DNA from: Octopus sinensis
Lineage: Eukaryota
Length of the DNA: 64,000 nt
Assembly (NCBI RefSeq): GCF_006345805.1
Contig: NC_043006.1
Coordinates: 78,492,001 to 78,556,000 of the forward strand
Reading direction: 5' to 3'
The translations under genes and the position numbers were made by a program. Numbering within the stretch: position 1 is the first letter of the stretch; every line of letters begins with the position of its first letter. Below, in pieces: positions 43,743-57,276 of the stretch. The notes below the pieces were generated by a model. It did no database searches, was not told the DNA's origin, and saw only the letters and a list, made by a program, of their open reading frames with translations.

Positions 43743-43800
<58 letters not shown>

Positions 43801-43865
43801 CATATATAGGTGATTGTGTGTTTATGTGTATGTATAGTATACAAACACACCATTATGTGTGTTTA

Positions 43866-43902
<37 letters not shown>

Positions 43903-44453
43903 GTATGTATATCTATATACAGATAGGTTGATAGATAGATAGATAAACATAGTTAGATACATATATAGATAGATAGATAGATAGATAGATAGACAGATAG
44001 ATGGAGAGAAAGAGAGAGATACAAACTCATATAATACAAATACTCTTACATACATAAACAAATACTATCAAATGTATGTTTATTTTCTGTAATAACACTT
44101 TTAAAATGTTTGATTCAAAGACAAAATTTAATAATATGAAACCAATAACTAGAATAATCTCTATTAGAATTTTCATTCAACATATTTAAAGTAAAAAATA
44201 AAAAAAGATAAAACAAAACAAATGACATACATAAAATACCAAAATTTTAAGAAGCAAAGACATTTCTGCAGGTATCATAGAGGTATCGAACAATTTAACT
44301 AATGAATGAAATAGTGAAAAATTAAAAATTTAAGCAAAAAATGCATAATTGCTGTTATCAATATTATAATTTTTATCATCATTATTTTCATTACCACTAA
44401 TATTATTATTGATATTATTATTATTGTTATTATTATTATTATTATTTGTTTAC

Positions 44454-44525
44454 CTGTACTGTGTCTTCCAATGTTGTGATTTGCGAAATAACTTCCAAGC
44501 ATGCTGTCTGTTTCGCCATTAGTGC
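44454..44525 (-). CDS. Gene 2 last or penultimate coding exon ALMAKQTACLEVISQITTLEDTVQ
   Basis: Acceptor tccttctcttaacaccaacag|, 72 nt, phase 0; continues the helical pattern of the 56611 exon. Ends by read-through (VNK*, TAA at 44444-44442) or by splicing CAG|gtaaac to acceptor tcttttgtttctcag|TGA at 43419. Confidence 0.6.
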
Positions 44526-44646
44526 CTGTTGGTGTTAAGAGAAGGATATGATTAAAAATATAAAAAGACACTAGATGAGAACTATATATATATATAAACA
44601 TGTGTGTATATATGTATATATATATAAAAATATATATATGTGTATG

Positions 44647-44696
<50 letters not shown>

Positions 44697-44861
44697 AATA
44701 TTCAACACACCCTCACACACCCACACATACACATACCCAAGCTCTGACCAAGGTAGCAGGTTGAGTACATTACCTTGATCAAGGCGTTTCTTTTTTTTTT
44801 TCATTCATTTTTCTGGTTTGGCTTCCCACCACCACCACCACCATCATTATCATCAGCATCG

Positions 44862-44919
<58 letters not shown>

Positions 44920-45465
44920 GATTGTTATCATTGCCAGTTTTTAACTTTTTTATAGTTTTTATATATTTTTTGTGATCACCTCCATTCTCCTCCCTCCTTC
45001 TCATATAACACTCCTCGTTTTTTTTTTCTTCAGTTGTTGTTGTAGTTCATGTTTTAGTCATTGTTGTTGCTATTGTTTTTTGTCATGTCTGTCAAGTTTA
45101 TTCTTATTCTTTTATATTTTTTCTTAATATTTATTTATTTACTCTTGCCATTTGCGACTCTTCAAGTTTGTTACAAAGTGTGGGAAATCATATATTATCA
45201 TTTTACGGATGGCTGATCTACACTGCTTGTCTTTATAAGAATCAGTCAGTTTTCAATAATTGTGACAGTATATTTTTTGCTTTGTTTTGCTTGTTTTTCA
45301 TTCCTTTTCTGGTTGGAAGATTAAATTTTGAAGAATTATATAAGATAGAACATGAAAATTTCATAGTTTTGTATTTTGATATAAAAAAATATGGGTCTCC
45401 CTTTAAATCTACCTCTATGTGTATCTCTCTCTCTCTTTCTCTCTGTCTGTCTGTCTGTCTCTCTC

Positions 45466-45504
<39 letters not shown>

Positions 45505-45779
45505 AGATCGCTAGCCACTACACATGTTATATTTTCTCTCCTTGTTTCTTTCTGTGTTCCTTTCTGTGGAAGAACATAGGCTTGAAACATTAAAGACTTT
45601 TTCACTTCCCGAGTGTTATACTAATACACCTGTTTGTTGTCTGAGCATGTGTGCATAAGAACAAAGAAAAGAACTGATGTCACATCTAAACTAATAAACC
45701 ACGTATTCCGAGTTTCTCAGTAGACACCTAACATCTAGAAGCTATCATCAATATGTTTCATTCCCTACTTGATCTCCAA

Positions 45780-45831
45780 ATGTCTGATGAGCTATGTTCA
45801 TTCCATGAACATACAAAACTTTAAATTGCAT
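45780..45831 (+). ncRNA. Decayed minimal hammerhead-ribozyme motif
   Basis: ATGT-CTGATGA-GC-TATGTTCAT(tcc)ATGAACATA-CAAAAC-TTTAAATT-GCAT; the conserved CGAAA reads CAAAA. Confidence 0.45.
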
Positions 45832-46509
45832 GGGCCCAAGTCTCACTGTGAATAAATAATACAGGATGATTCAAAAGTCACCATACATAGGAAAAATTCA
45901 TTTTTTTTATCAGGAACAGTTAGATAAAAAAAAAAACCTGTTTATTATAAAAAAAATAAATTGTTCTTATGTATGGTGAATTTTGATTTACCTTGTACAT
46001 GCATATATACATATGTACACACACACACACACACATATATATATATGTACAGACATATGCAAAAACTACCATAATAAACACATTGTACCGAATGCGAGGG
46101 AATGCAACTCTCGAAGCAAGCCTTATAAATTAAGAGTCCCTCATAGAGTGAGGCTTTTATGTATAGTAATGCCCTTAATATAAATAAATATATTTATAGG
46201 GAATAATTAATAAAATTTTCCCTTATGAGGTTTTTCATGTTAACTATTTGATAAATTCTTATAAAGATTTTATCCTATATTAAATTATATATACATATGA
46301 ATATATATAAATACATACTAGGAGGGGTGTAAGTACCCAGTTTGGGGTAAAAGAAAGAAGATCGGTTAATTATGATTTTATTCCACACATTCCCCTCTCA
46401 AATTCACACACTTATTACTCCATTCAAAAGGTTGGGCTTTCAACCAAGCCTTTTGTGATAACCTTAAAATCAGTGATATTTCAGCAACCCCTCATGTATA
46501 TATAAATAT

Positions 46510-47200
46510 ACATACATATATGTATGTATCACTGAGGAAATGACTAGAGACCGAGACCTCTGGAAGTGTGCTGTGCGCGAGAAGACCCGGCAGGACAAGT
46601 GAGTCCATAACCCGTGGCCTTCTACATGGGATGGAGCCAGCCTACGTATGCATGCCTTCCCTTCTTGGGACACAAAACTCTACTTGTGAAGACGTGTTGA
46701 GGCAAGTGAGGATCAGAATCGAAATCGATCAATGGAAATTGCGGATGTGTTACCAGTGCCGGTGGCATGTCGAAACTCTACTTGTGAAGACCCGTTGAGG
46801 CAAGTGAGGATCAGAATCGAAATCGATCAATGGAAATTGCAGATGTGTTACCAGTGCCGGTGGCATGTAAGAGAACTTTCCGTTTCGCGAACCGTTGCCA
46901 GCACCGCCCCGTTTCGTGTCCGTTGCCAGCCTCGCCTGGCCCTCGTGCCGGTGGCACATAAAAAGCACCATCCGTTCATGGCCGTTTGCCAGCTCTGTCT
47001 GGCACCAGTGCGGGTGGCACGTAAAAAGCACCCACTACACTCACAGAGTGGTTGGCGTTAGGAAGGGCATCCAGCCGTAGAAACACTGCCAGATTTGACT
47101 GGGCCTGATGAAGCCTTCTGGCTTCACAGACCCCAGTAGAACCGTCCAACCCATGCTAGCATGGAAAACGGACGCTAAACGATGATGATGATGATGATGA
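46510..47200 (+). mobile_element. 5'-truncated RTE-type LINE 3' end with 98-bp internal tandem duplication and (GAT)n tail
   Basis: ORF end TEEMTRDRDLWKCAVREKTRQDK* (RTE DR..W motif); duplicated unit starts at 46675 and 46773; tail GGACGCTAAAC(GAT)n. Confidence 0.7.
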
Positions 47201-47336
47201 TATATATATATATATATATACACATTTCATCATGTTGAACACATTTCTTCTCTCTCAGTTTTTTTTTTCATTCTGTCACCATTTTTTTACTCTCAACATT
47301 TCTGTTGTAAAATGTAGGCTCAAAACATCATTAAAT

Positions 47337-47595
47337 CATCATCATCATCGTTTAACGTCCGCTTTCCATGCTAGCATGGGTTGGACGGTTCAACTGGGGT
47401 CTGGGGAGCCCGAAGGCTGCACCAGGCCAGTCAGATCTGGCAGTGTTTCTACAGCTGGATGCCCTTCCTAACGCCAACCACTCCGAGAGTGTAGTGGGTG
47501 ATTTTATGTGCCACCGACACAGGTGCCAGACAAGGCTGGTGAACGGCCACACTCGGATGGTGTTTTTTATGTGCCACCGACACAGGTGCCAGGCG
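47337..47595 (-). mobile_element. RTE-tail repeat (family D), inverted relative to 46510-47200
   Basis: (CAT)n CGTTTAACGTCCGCTTTCCATGCTAGCATGGGTTGGACGG; further copies at ~49550-49732 and ~55150-55420. Confidence 0.75.
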
Positions 47596-47774
47596 ATATA
47601 TATATATACATATATACATATATAGTTTGCTGTTCCATTACTGGTTGGATCAGCAAAAACTGTATGCATTTATATTCATATATACATGTCCATATACATT
47701 TTCAGGCATGTGTATATATGCCCCTTCAGATACATAATCCCAACATGAAGGGTTAGCTCAGTTAACCAGTCAAT

Positions 47775-47823
<49 letters not shown>

Positions 47824-47855
47824 TGTGTGTGTGTATACACACACACACACACACA

Positions 47856-47899
<44 letters not shown>

Positions 47900-48091
47900 A
47901 CACATACACATACACACACACACACAATGAATGGCTCCAATTGCTCATTTTCAATCATCAGCTAGTAAACCAAGCCTGGTTTTCTCTTGAAATATGAAAT
48001 GAAAATTTGAAGAAAAAATTTAACACTATAAACAGAATTATTGTTATTTCTAAATCTCTCAATGAGAGACATTCAGTAACAGTACTTTAAA

Positions 48092-48430
48092 GTAAAGACG
48101 ATTTGCCAACATAATGTGGCAGTCCTGGTTGGGATGAATGTTACTGTTGTTTAGTTCCAGAAAACACCGCCTCCAGCTGGTTATACAACAAACTATCTGT
48201 GCCCTTATATTTTCGAATAGGCAAGTTCAGCATCCCCACTCAGCACAAAGCAATATCTGTGGACTGCCATGGTTTCTGGGTTATTTCTCTTCCTCAACTC
48301 CCCTGTTCGAAAATATATGGACAGAAATATTGTGTCGTAGAGCCAGCTGGAGACATTATTTCCTGGGACTAAACCACAGTAATATTCATCCCAACCAGGA
48401 CTACCACATTACGTTGCCAAATAGTCTTTA
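48092..48430. mobile_element. MITE with ~130-bp imperfect TIRs
   Basis: TAAAGACGATTTGCCAACATAATGTGGCAGTCCTGGTTGGGATGAAT... / ...ATTCATCCCAACCAGGACTACCACATTACGTTGCCAAATAGTCTTTA; related to 8186-8380 and ~29907-30030. Confidence 0.78.
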
Positions 48431-49859
48431 ATTTATCACTATGTCCTTCTGCTTAAAAATCATCATGAACAGCTTGTGCAAAAACAGCTGCTTCGAGTTT
48501 AGACTTTTGATGTCATTTCAAGTTCTTATGGTAATATCCTTATAAACATCATAAACTCCATACAAACTAGCTTTTCATGTTAGCACTCCATATCTGAAGA
48601 TGTTAAACTTTATGCATCTAAAGTTAGATAAGATGTCACCTGTTTGCTGTCTGATCAATTGTAATTTTCTTTCTAACCTTTCATGTTGCGGATCAGCAGA
48701 TTCTATTTTTATTACTTTTTTATTCGTTTTTCCCAGATTTACTCTTTTATTCATATTTATTTTATGTGTTACACTTTTTTTTTTCCTTTGGCATATTCTT
48801 TTTGTCATTTCATTCTATTGAAGCATTTTGCTGAGTTGTCAAGGTCTTATTCTTCTCCAGACAGCTACGAGTATATTATTGCATGACACAGACATAAATT
48901 AATGATTTTTCACTTTCCTATTTTAACGATCTCAATATGTTTTATCACACCAGGTAATGTAAAACCAGTGGTTCATAATCTAAGTAGTAATATATCATTG
49001 GTATGGGTGGATTGAGAACTGTCAATGTGGTACTGTGGAATGCTGGTGGATGTTAAGAACAAGAGTGATTGTTATAAGAAATAAGATACTGTTCATGTAC
49101 TATTCTTATATTTCTTGAGAGGATCAGAGCCTCAGTCTTCATGGCACTACTTTTCATCCCAGCATTGCAGGACTCAGCAATAAACCTATTCAATGGTTCA
49201 TTAGAAGTTCACCTTCTAATGAGTCAAACAGTGATTTCCACCCTTATGTAGCTCAATATACCAATTCACTGAACATCAGTTCATAAACAAATCCCACACT
49301 ATGATTTTTAAAGAAAATAAAGGAAAAGCATAAAAGCAATCTCTAAAGAAAAGTAGATTTATTTTAATCAATCTCAGGAAAATAATTTGCTGAGTAGTGC
49401 ATCATTAGTCATGTATTGTACTTCTCTCTGATTGCACAATATCATTGTCAAGTAGTGGCATGCCATCTGCAAGTATCAAGTATCAACCAATTGGTCCTCT
49501 ATCCACCACTTGTGATACAGCATCAATAATGGTTGCACATGCCAATCCATCATCATCTTTTAACGTCTGCTTTCCATGCTAGCATGGGTTGGACGATTTT
49601 GACTGAGGGCTGGCAAACCAGATGGCTGCACCAGGCTTCAATCTTGATTTGGCAGAGTTTCTACAGCCGGATGCCCTTCCTAACGCCAACCACTCCAAGA
49701 GTGTAGTGGGTGCTTTTTACATGCCACCTGCACATAAAATCCAATTCATAAAAATTTATGAAAAAGTAAGGTAACAATACACACCCCTACCAAAGTCCAA
49801 CACACACAGTTCCCAGTTTGAGCCACAATTTTCCAGCATTAAGAAGTCATAGCACCAGT

Positions 49860-50085
49860 ACTATGGACCTGTGACTAGAGTGTCACAGGAAAGGATTGCA
49901 AGACAGATTCTTCAAGCAAAGCCAATCAGCAGGAAGACCAAGAGGTGGACCAAGAATGAAATGATTGGATAATATCCATTGTCTCAGCTGGTTATACTTG
50001 GAAACCCAGCTAAAAAATATAATAACACTTGATTCTGATAGAATTGGAGCAGGTGCTTGAGGACTCTATCTCTATGACCTCTTCT
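49860..50085 (+). pseudogene. RTE-clade LINE C-terminal remnant
   Basis: GPVTRVSQERIARQILQAKPISRK.. resembles GHV.RM..ER..RQ.L......GRRPRGRP. Confidence 0.6.
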
Positions 50086-50784
50086 GGATGGTCGGACAGA
50101 TGGACGGACAGATAGATGGATGGATGGACAGATAGATTGATAGATAGATGCTTGTATTTTAAACACATTTTTCAAAGCAAAATATTATGTAAGGATTAAA
50201 ATATGACAAGAACAGTGTCCTATTAGAGAAGGGTATGATACATGCTTAATGATACACTACTGACCAAATTAGCCTACTCATCTTCATTAAAATAAATCTA
50301 CTTTTCTTTTTAGGTTGTTTTTATGCATTTTCCTTTATTTTGTTTACAAAACATGGTGAGGGATTTGTTTATGAAATGAAATTCAATGAATTTGTATACT
50401 GATCTACATAAGGGTAGGAGACTACTGTTTGTTAAACAGCTGAAAGCAAATTAGCCATCATCTCTCCCTCTTACTCAAACAGTAGTGAAACAAATACATT
50501 TGTTGCCATACATGACAAATGAAATAAGCCAATGAAGGAATGTCCACGTAGTTGCTTGGTCTTATAGAAATATCAACCAAATCTCCTTGGACTCTTATCC
50601 TGTAATCTCCCCATCCCCACCTCTCAAAAACCAGTCCATTGTATGATACATTGAGCAAGTGTCTTCTACTGTAACCCTGGACTGCCCAAAGCCCACTGAG
50701 TGAATTTATCAGACAAAAACTGAAACAGTCTAATGATTTTGTTCTGATCTCTTTGGCATGGTAAGAAGTTTTTCTTCAAAGAAT

Positions 50785-51710
50785 ATGGTTTCAAATTTTG
50801 GCACAAGGCCAGCAATTTTAAGGGAAGGGTAAATCGATTTCTTTGACACAAGTGTTCAAGTAGTAATTATTTTATCAATCCTGAAAAGATGAAAGGCAAA
50901 AATTGACCTCAGCAGAATTTGAATTCAGAACATAAAGACAAACAAAATGCCTAACAGCATTTTGCCCAGCATGCTAACGACTCTGCCAGCCAGCCACCTT
51001 ATCTTCAGAGAATATTGATAAGATTAGTTTCATAGAATGGATTTCAGAATGAAGGTGTCTGGCATTATGGTCAGCTTGTATATATTATTATTTAAAGCAG
51101 TGAAAGGCAGCGAGCTGGCAGAATTGTTAGCACACTGGATGAAATGCTTAGCGGTATTTCACCCGTTGCTACGTTCTGACTTCAAAATCTGCCCATGTCA
51201 ACTTTGCTTTCCATCCTTTCAGGGTTGATAAAACACTGGGGTCAATATAATCGATTTAGTCCCCCTCCACAAAAAGGGCTGCCCTTGTGGCAAAATTTGA
51301 AACCCTTATTTAAGGCAGTGAGCTGGCAGAATCATTAGCATGCCAGACAAAATGCTTAGCAGTATTTCAGCTATCTTTACATTCTGAGTTCAAATTCCAC
51401 CTAGGTCAACTTTGTTTTTTAACCTTACTGGATTGATAAAATAAGTTCCAGAGGAACGCTGTAGTTGATGCAATTGACCAACCCCCTTCCCTCAAAATTT
51501 TAGGTCTTGTTCATATAGTAAAAAGGATTGCTATTGCCATTGTTATTTAACATAGCAACTTCACAGGGAAATTCAAAAACATGTCAGATATCCAACAACA
51601 ATGTACCAAGGTAACACCATTCACTCAGATTTGGAAATTTTGCAGTGGATTTATGTTGTTCTACGTAACTGGTTATCATCATCATCATCATCATCATCAT
51701 CATTATTATA

Positions 51711-51783
<73 letters not shown>

Positions 51784-52522
51784 GGCAGTGAGCTGTCAGA
51801 ATCGTTTGCATGCCAGAGAAAAATACTTAGTTGTATTTCGTCTGTTTATACATTCTGAGTTCAAATTCCAACGAGATCAAGTTGGCCTTTCATATTTTTG
51901 GGGTCGATAAATTAAGTATCAGTGAAACACTGGGGTCGATTTAATCAACTAGCCTCCCCCACCAAAAAAAATTTCAGACTTTGTCCCTTTTCTAGAAAGG
52001 ATTATTATTATCATTAAGTTGGATGAGCTGACAGAATCATAAGCATGCTGGGTAAAATGCTGAGAGGCATTTCCTCTGTCCTTTTATTCTGAGTTCAAAT
52101 CCCACCAAGGTCGAGTTTGTTTTTCATCTTTTTGGGGGTCGATAATTTAAATACCAATGAAACACTGGGGTCGATTTAATTAACTAGTCCCCCGCCCCAC
52201 TAAAAATTTCAGGCTTTGTGCCTTTAGGAGAAAATATTATTATTGTTATAATTATTATGGTTACTCATTGTAATTATGATTGCTGTTGCTGATTGGCTTT
52301 TAGAGGTCAAAAACCATGTGCAGTATTAAATTCTTACTGAGCCTTATTCTTTGGCCTGGTTCATATTTCTTCTTAGAACCACTTAACCTACATCATTAGT
52401 GATTTGGGGGGAAAATAAATAAATAAATAAATAAATAAATAAAAGTATATTAACACCCCCATTTTCCTATATCTCATTTCAAATAATCCTAAGTTTTCCT
52501 TCCTATGCGAAAAGAAATATTT

Positions 52523-52558
<36 letters not shown>

Positions 52559-52643
52559 CACCACCACCACTAATATTTTATTTAATGTTATTATTGTTAT
52601 TATTATTGCTGTTACTATTGTTGTTATTACTATTATCATTGTG

Positions 52644-52676
<33 letters not shown>

Positions 52677-52898
52677 TAAGGCAGCAAGCTGGCAGAACTC
52701 TTTTTATATCAGGAAGAATTCTTGGCAGTATTTCTTCTGACTTTACACTCTGATTTTAAATGTCATCAGAGTCAACTTTGTCTTTCATCATTTTGGGGTT
52801 GATAAAATAAAGTACCAATTGAACAATGGGGTCAATATAATTGACTTACCCCATCCCTAAATTGCTGACCTTCTGCCAAAATTTAAAATCATCATTAA

Positions 52899-52997
<99 letters not shown>

Positions 52998-53210
52998 GGT
53001 GAGCTGGCAGAATCGTTACTGTATCAGGCAAACTGCTTAGCCGCATTTCATCTGTTTTTTACGTTCTGAGTTCAAATTCAACAGAGGTCAACTTTACCTT
53101 TCACCCTCACAGGGTTGATGAATTAAGTACCAGTGAAACACTGGGGTGGGAGTAATTGACTCATCCTCTCCCCCTAAATGGCTGCCCCCACAGCAAAATT
53201 TTAAACCATT
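50785..53210 (+). repeat. Cluster of ~7 diverged SINE family C copies separated by (ATT)n
   Basis: Plus-strand heads at ~51103, 51312, 51782, 52017, 52679 and 52997, one inverted copy at ~50790-51000; each head follows an ATT-rich run. Confidence 0.8.
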
Positions 53211-53224
53211 ATTATTATTATTAA

Positions 53225-53284
<60 letters not shown>

Positions 53285-54631
53285 CATCATCATTATTAGT
53301 AGTATCAATGTTCTAAGTTCGAATTAGTATCAATGAAATAAGAACCAGTAGAATACTGGAATCAATTCAGTTGTCTGGGATTTTCTCATTTGCAATTATG
53401 ACCATTCTGTCTTTATTTTAGACAAGGCAACATGCTATAATCCAAATTCTGTCTTTCCTTTTTAAAATGTTAGAATATGTTTTGAGGGTAATTTGGTAGA
53501 CTTTTTTGCAGCATGTTCTGTCACCATATATAGGCTCCCCCTAATGATGTACACAGTATATGCATTTCAATAAATTTTGAAATTCTCAAATATAATCACC
53601 CATCTAAAGTATTTTTCAAATGGTTGCCCAATAAGAATATGCCTTTTGTCTCTGATTCACCCCTAAGACAATCCTAATGGAGGAAACCTGTGATCAATAC
53701 AATTTTAGCAATGATCAACCAGCCATTACTTTTTCAGATATTATGAATTTAGAAGTCAAGACTATTGAAAAGGTTGCAAAATGCAATGAAAATTTTAGGA
53801 AAATAAAAATAAGAAATAAGTGGAAATTTTACCGGTGAGTGTGTTAAATTATAAGGCAAAAAAAGAAAATTACCCTCCCCAGACACAACAGAATTTAAAA
53901 CTACATTATCTAATGTGTCCTTCCTTTCTTAAATGTGTAATTTGAGGGAGATTTTACTGCTGTAAGTAGCATATCAAATAAATATGTCTATATTAGAAGA
54001 ATAAAAAAGCAAACTTTTGGTGTCAATGGCGGTGAAAGTTCCCTGAACACCCAACCGTTCCTGTGATTTTACTGCAATTATTCCACATACTGAATAAATA
54101 GCCTATATATATAACACAGTCCATTAATTACATATAGTAAGCTATTTGATCAGTCAGTGGGAAAAGCTTTATAGCAAACCCTACAACTAGTTATTCCTGT
54201 ACATCAAACATATTTGAATTCCTGCTTCTCTGCCAGTCTGACAAAGAGTCTTTTGTGCTGAATGTTTGTATTGCATAGACCATACTGAGGTTTAAATAAT
54301 CAAAATTAAATATTTGGCAGAATACTTATAGAATTGGAAATGAATAAAAAAAAGAAATCACTTGTGATATCTTGTTATATCCATTAGCATTCATCATCAT
54401 CAACAGCCTTTTAATGTCTACTTTTCCACACTTGCATGGATCAGATGAAATCTTTTGAAGCAGATTTTCTAGATTTGGATGCTTTTCCAGTCACCAACCC
54501 TCACTTGTTTCTAAGCAAGGTATTATTTCCCCATAACCAGACATGCTTTCTTCAGAAGACTCGAAACAAACAGCATCACATGTATAACAGTGATGCTTGT
54601 TTACAAACAATCACATGCTATCTAGACAAGG

Positions 54632-54672
<41 letters not shown>

Positions 54673-55928
54673 TATATACACACACACATGCATTCGTATA
54701 TAAACATATACAACAGTTTCTTTCAGTTTTCATCTAACAACTCTGCTCACAAAGGCTTTGCACAGCCTGACACTCTCTCACTGACACTTTTTCAATCTGA
54801 GACCCTTGCTCAGGCTGCCATGCAATTGGACTGAAGCTAAAACCATGTCATTCTGGAAGCAAGCTTCTGAACCACTCAGCCACATCTGTGTTTATCTTTC
54901 CGAATTCAAATCCTACCCTGGAACAAGATTGCATTTACTTATCTGAGGCTGATAAAATAAGTACCAATCGAATACTGAAGTTAATATTTTTGACATATAC
55001 ATTCAAAGATAGATAAAGAGATGGGCTCAGGTTGGCCAAACTCGAATGCCTAAATCTCAAAACTAAAATCACTTGAAATAAAAACTGTAAAATAGATCAT
55101 TCTTCAGATTACAGCTGACATCATCAAGGGCTGTTGATATCTTACAAGATTTTGACATGTAAAAGACTCCCATGCTAGTGATACACAGAAGGCATGCATG
55201 CCAGGGACATGTAAAAGGCACCTGTACCAGTGACACATAAAAGACACAACACTCTTGGAATGGTTGGTGTTAGGAAGGGCATCCAACCATAGAAACCATA
55301 CCAAATTAGACTAAAACCTGGTTCAACTCTCTGGCATACCAGCTGTAGTCAAACCATCTAACCCATACCAGCATGGCAAGCAGATGCTAAATGATGATGA
55401 TTATGATGGTGATAATGATGATGAATCTGCCAAGTATCACCCTGCAGAAGCACTCCTTCTCAGCTAAGTGGAGCAAAGTGATGCAGACTGGAATATGTCA
55501 TCCTATCCAATCCATTAGTTTATGACCATGTATCCAACAATATGTTTTTAATCTTACATTCAAAGACAGATAAAAAAAGAAAAAAGATTCTGGATAGTCA
55601 TATTCTAATGATGTAAACTCAGAAATTATATTCCTCAGAATAAAATCTGTGAAAATCAGCCAGACTACAATTGAAATTATATAATTAAGGGCTGCTTATA
55701 CCTTATATCTGCAAGATTTGAGTTTAATAATACTAAGTACCACTTTACAGAAGCACTCCTTCTCAGCTGACCAAAGTAGAGCAAAACAGACTGATATCTA
55801 TAGCTTATGACACTGAATTCAATAGCCTAACCCATTGGCAGCCACATGTCATCATTGAAAACTCATTGGAATTCACATTGACATATAAAAATTACATTTC
55901 AGTGTTTAGTGAAATTGATAGTAAGATG

Positions 55929-56442
55929 TACCATAAATCCTTGAGTATAATCCACATTTTTCCCAAAATTTAAAGGTCAAAATCCCTAGTGCATACTATA
56001 TACGAGGTTAAAACTGAAAATTATTTTCTAAGCAATGTTCGAGTCTCTATTTGCTGTCCGGCAATGTTTATTCAGATGCATTTTGTGATGCCGGGTGCAA
56101 AAATACCTTAAGCTAAGCTTGACAGTAATGAAGTCATAAAAGAATCATCCATAACTTGAAGTAAGCAACATTTATTAAACGTTATTACTGTTATTTCTTT
56201 ATTTTCTGCAAAAATATTGCACAGAAAAGCTACACGTTTGTATTATGTTATATATACAATAATAATAAAGGACGTTACCATATACATTTTGACAAACCAA
56301 GGACATTATATAAACCTCCTTGACTCAAGTTAGAGAAGGGGTGCGTATTATACACAAGGTTTAGGTTTTTCAGAGGTACAGTCCCCTAAAAATCCCCTGC
56401 ATATTATACTCAAGGGAGGACTATACTCGAGGATTTACGGTA
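55929..56442. mobile_element. Non-autonomous Tc2/pogo-like DNA transposon
   Basis: TA-CCATAAATCCTTGAGTATA ... TATACTCGAGGATTTACGG-TA terminal inverted repeats. Confidence 0.78.
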
Positions 56443-56557
56443 ATATTTTTTACATTTTTGTATGTATTTAGATGACAAAAACCATGACAATTTCTTCTTT
56501 TAATTTTAAATAAATGAAACTAAAATTGTTTAAATTTTATTTAACATTGATACTTAC

Positions 56558-56611
56558 ATCTAAGCTGTCAAAAGCACGAGTTGCTTCTCTAATTTCAGCA
56601 ATTTTCGAGTC
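56558..56611 (-). CDS. Gene 2 (unidentified, helical/coiled-coil-like) internal exon DSKIAEIREATRAFDSLD
   Basis: Acceptor ttttatctattttaaatatag|, donor GAT|gtaagt, 54 nt; only phase 0 is open throughout. Confidence 0.65.
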
Positions 56612-57276
56612 CTATATTTAAAATAGATAAAACAAGATATATATATATGTGTAAATAAATAATGCAGAAAAAAATAATAATATAGAAAAATTGACTTGTT
56701 GCAGACATATATGCATAAATTAGGCCTTTTTCAATATTTAACATCAGGGTGGCTTTTAGTATGCTTCCTTATATGTACATAACGAGCAAATATATCAATC
56801 TTGCTAATAAATTGCTAGGTTCTCTGACGCTATTTTATGAGTGATGTGTGTGATGTCAGTTTTGTGAAAAACAAGTATTTCAAGTTAAAAGGCTCTGTGT
56901 GTGCATGCATGCGTGTTCATGAACGAAGGGAGTAAGTAACATAGAGTATATATTGCTGTGTATATTATTTATAGACGTGTGTGTGTGTTTGTGTGTGTGT
57001 ATGTGTGTGCGTGCATGTGTGTGTGTGTGTGTTGAGACAAAAACTCCTCATATATTCTCTATATATGTACCTTTAAATATAACACACCAATATATACACG
57101 AGGAAAGTGAGTGACAAAGTGTATATATATTAGTATGTATAATATTTATAAATGCATATATACATATATATACTCGCATGAATATGTGAGAGTGAGTGTG
57201 TGTGTGAATATATGTGTGTGTGTGTGTGTGTGAATATATGTGTGTGTGTGTGTGTGTGTATATCTCTTACGGTTTT

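Noticed and set aside
48575-48886. Overlapping 67-77 aa ORFs on both strands
   Set aside because: AT-rich low-complexity sequence with no recognisable motif or splice structure.
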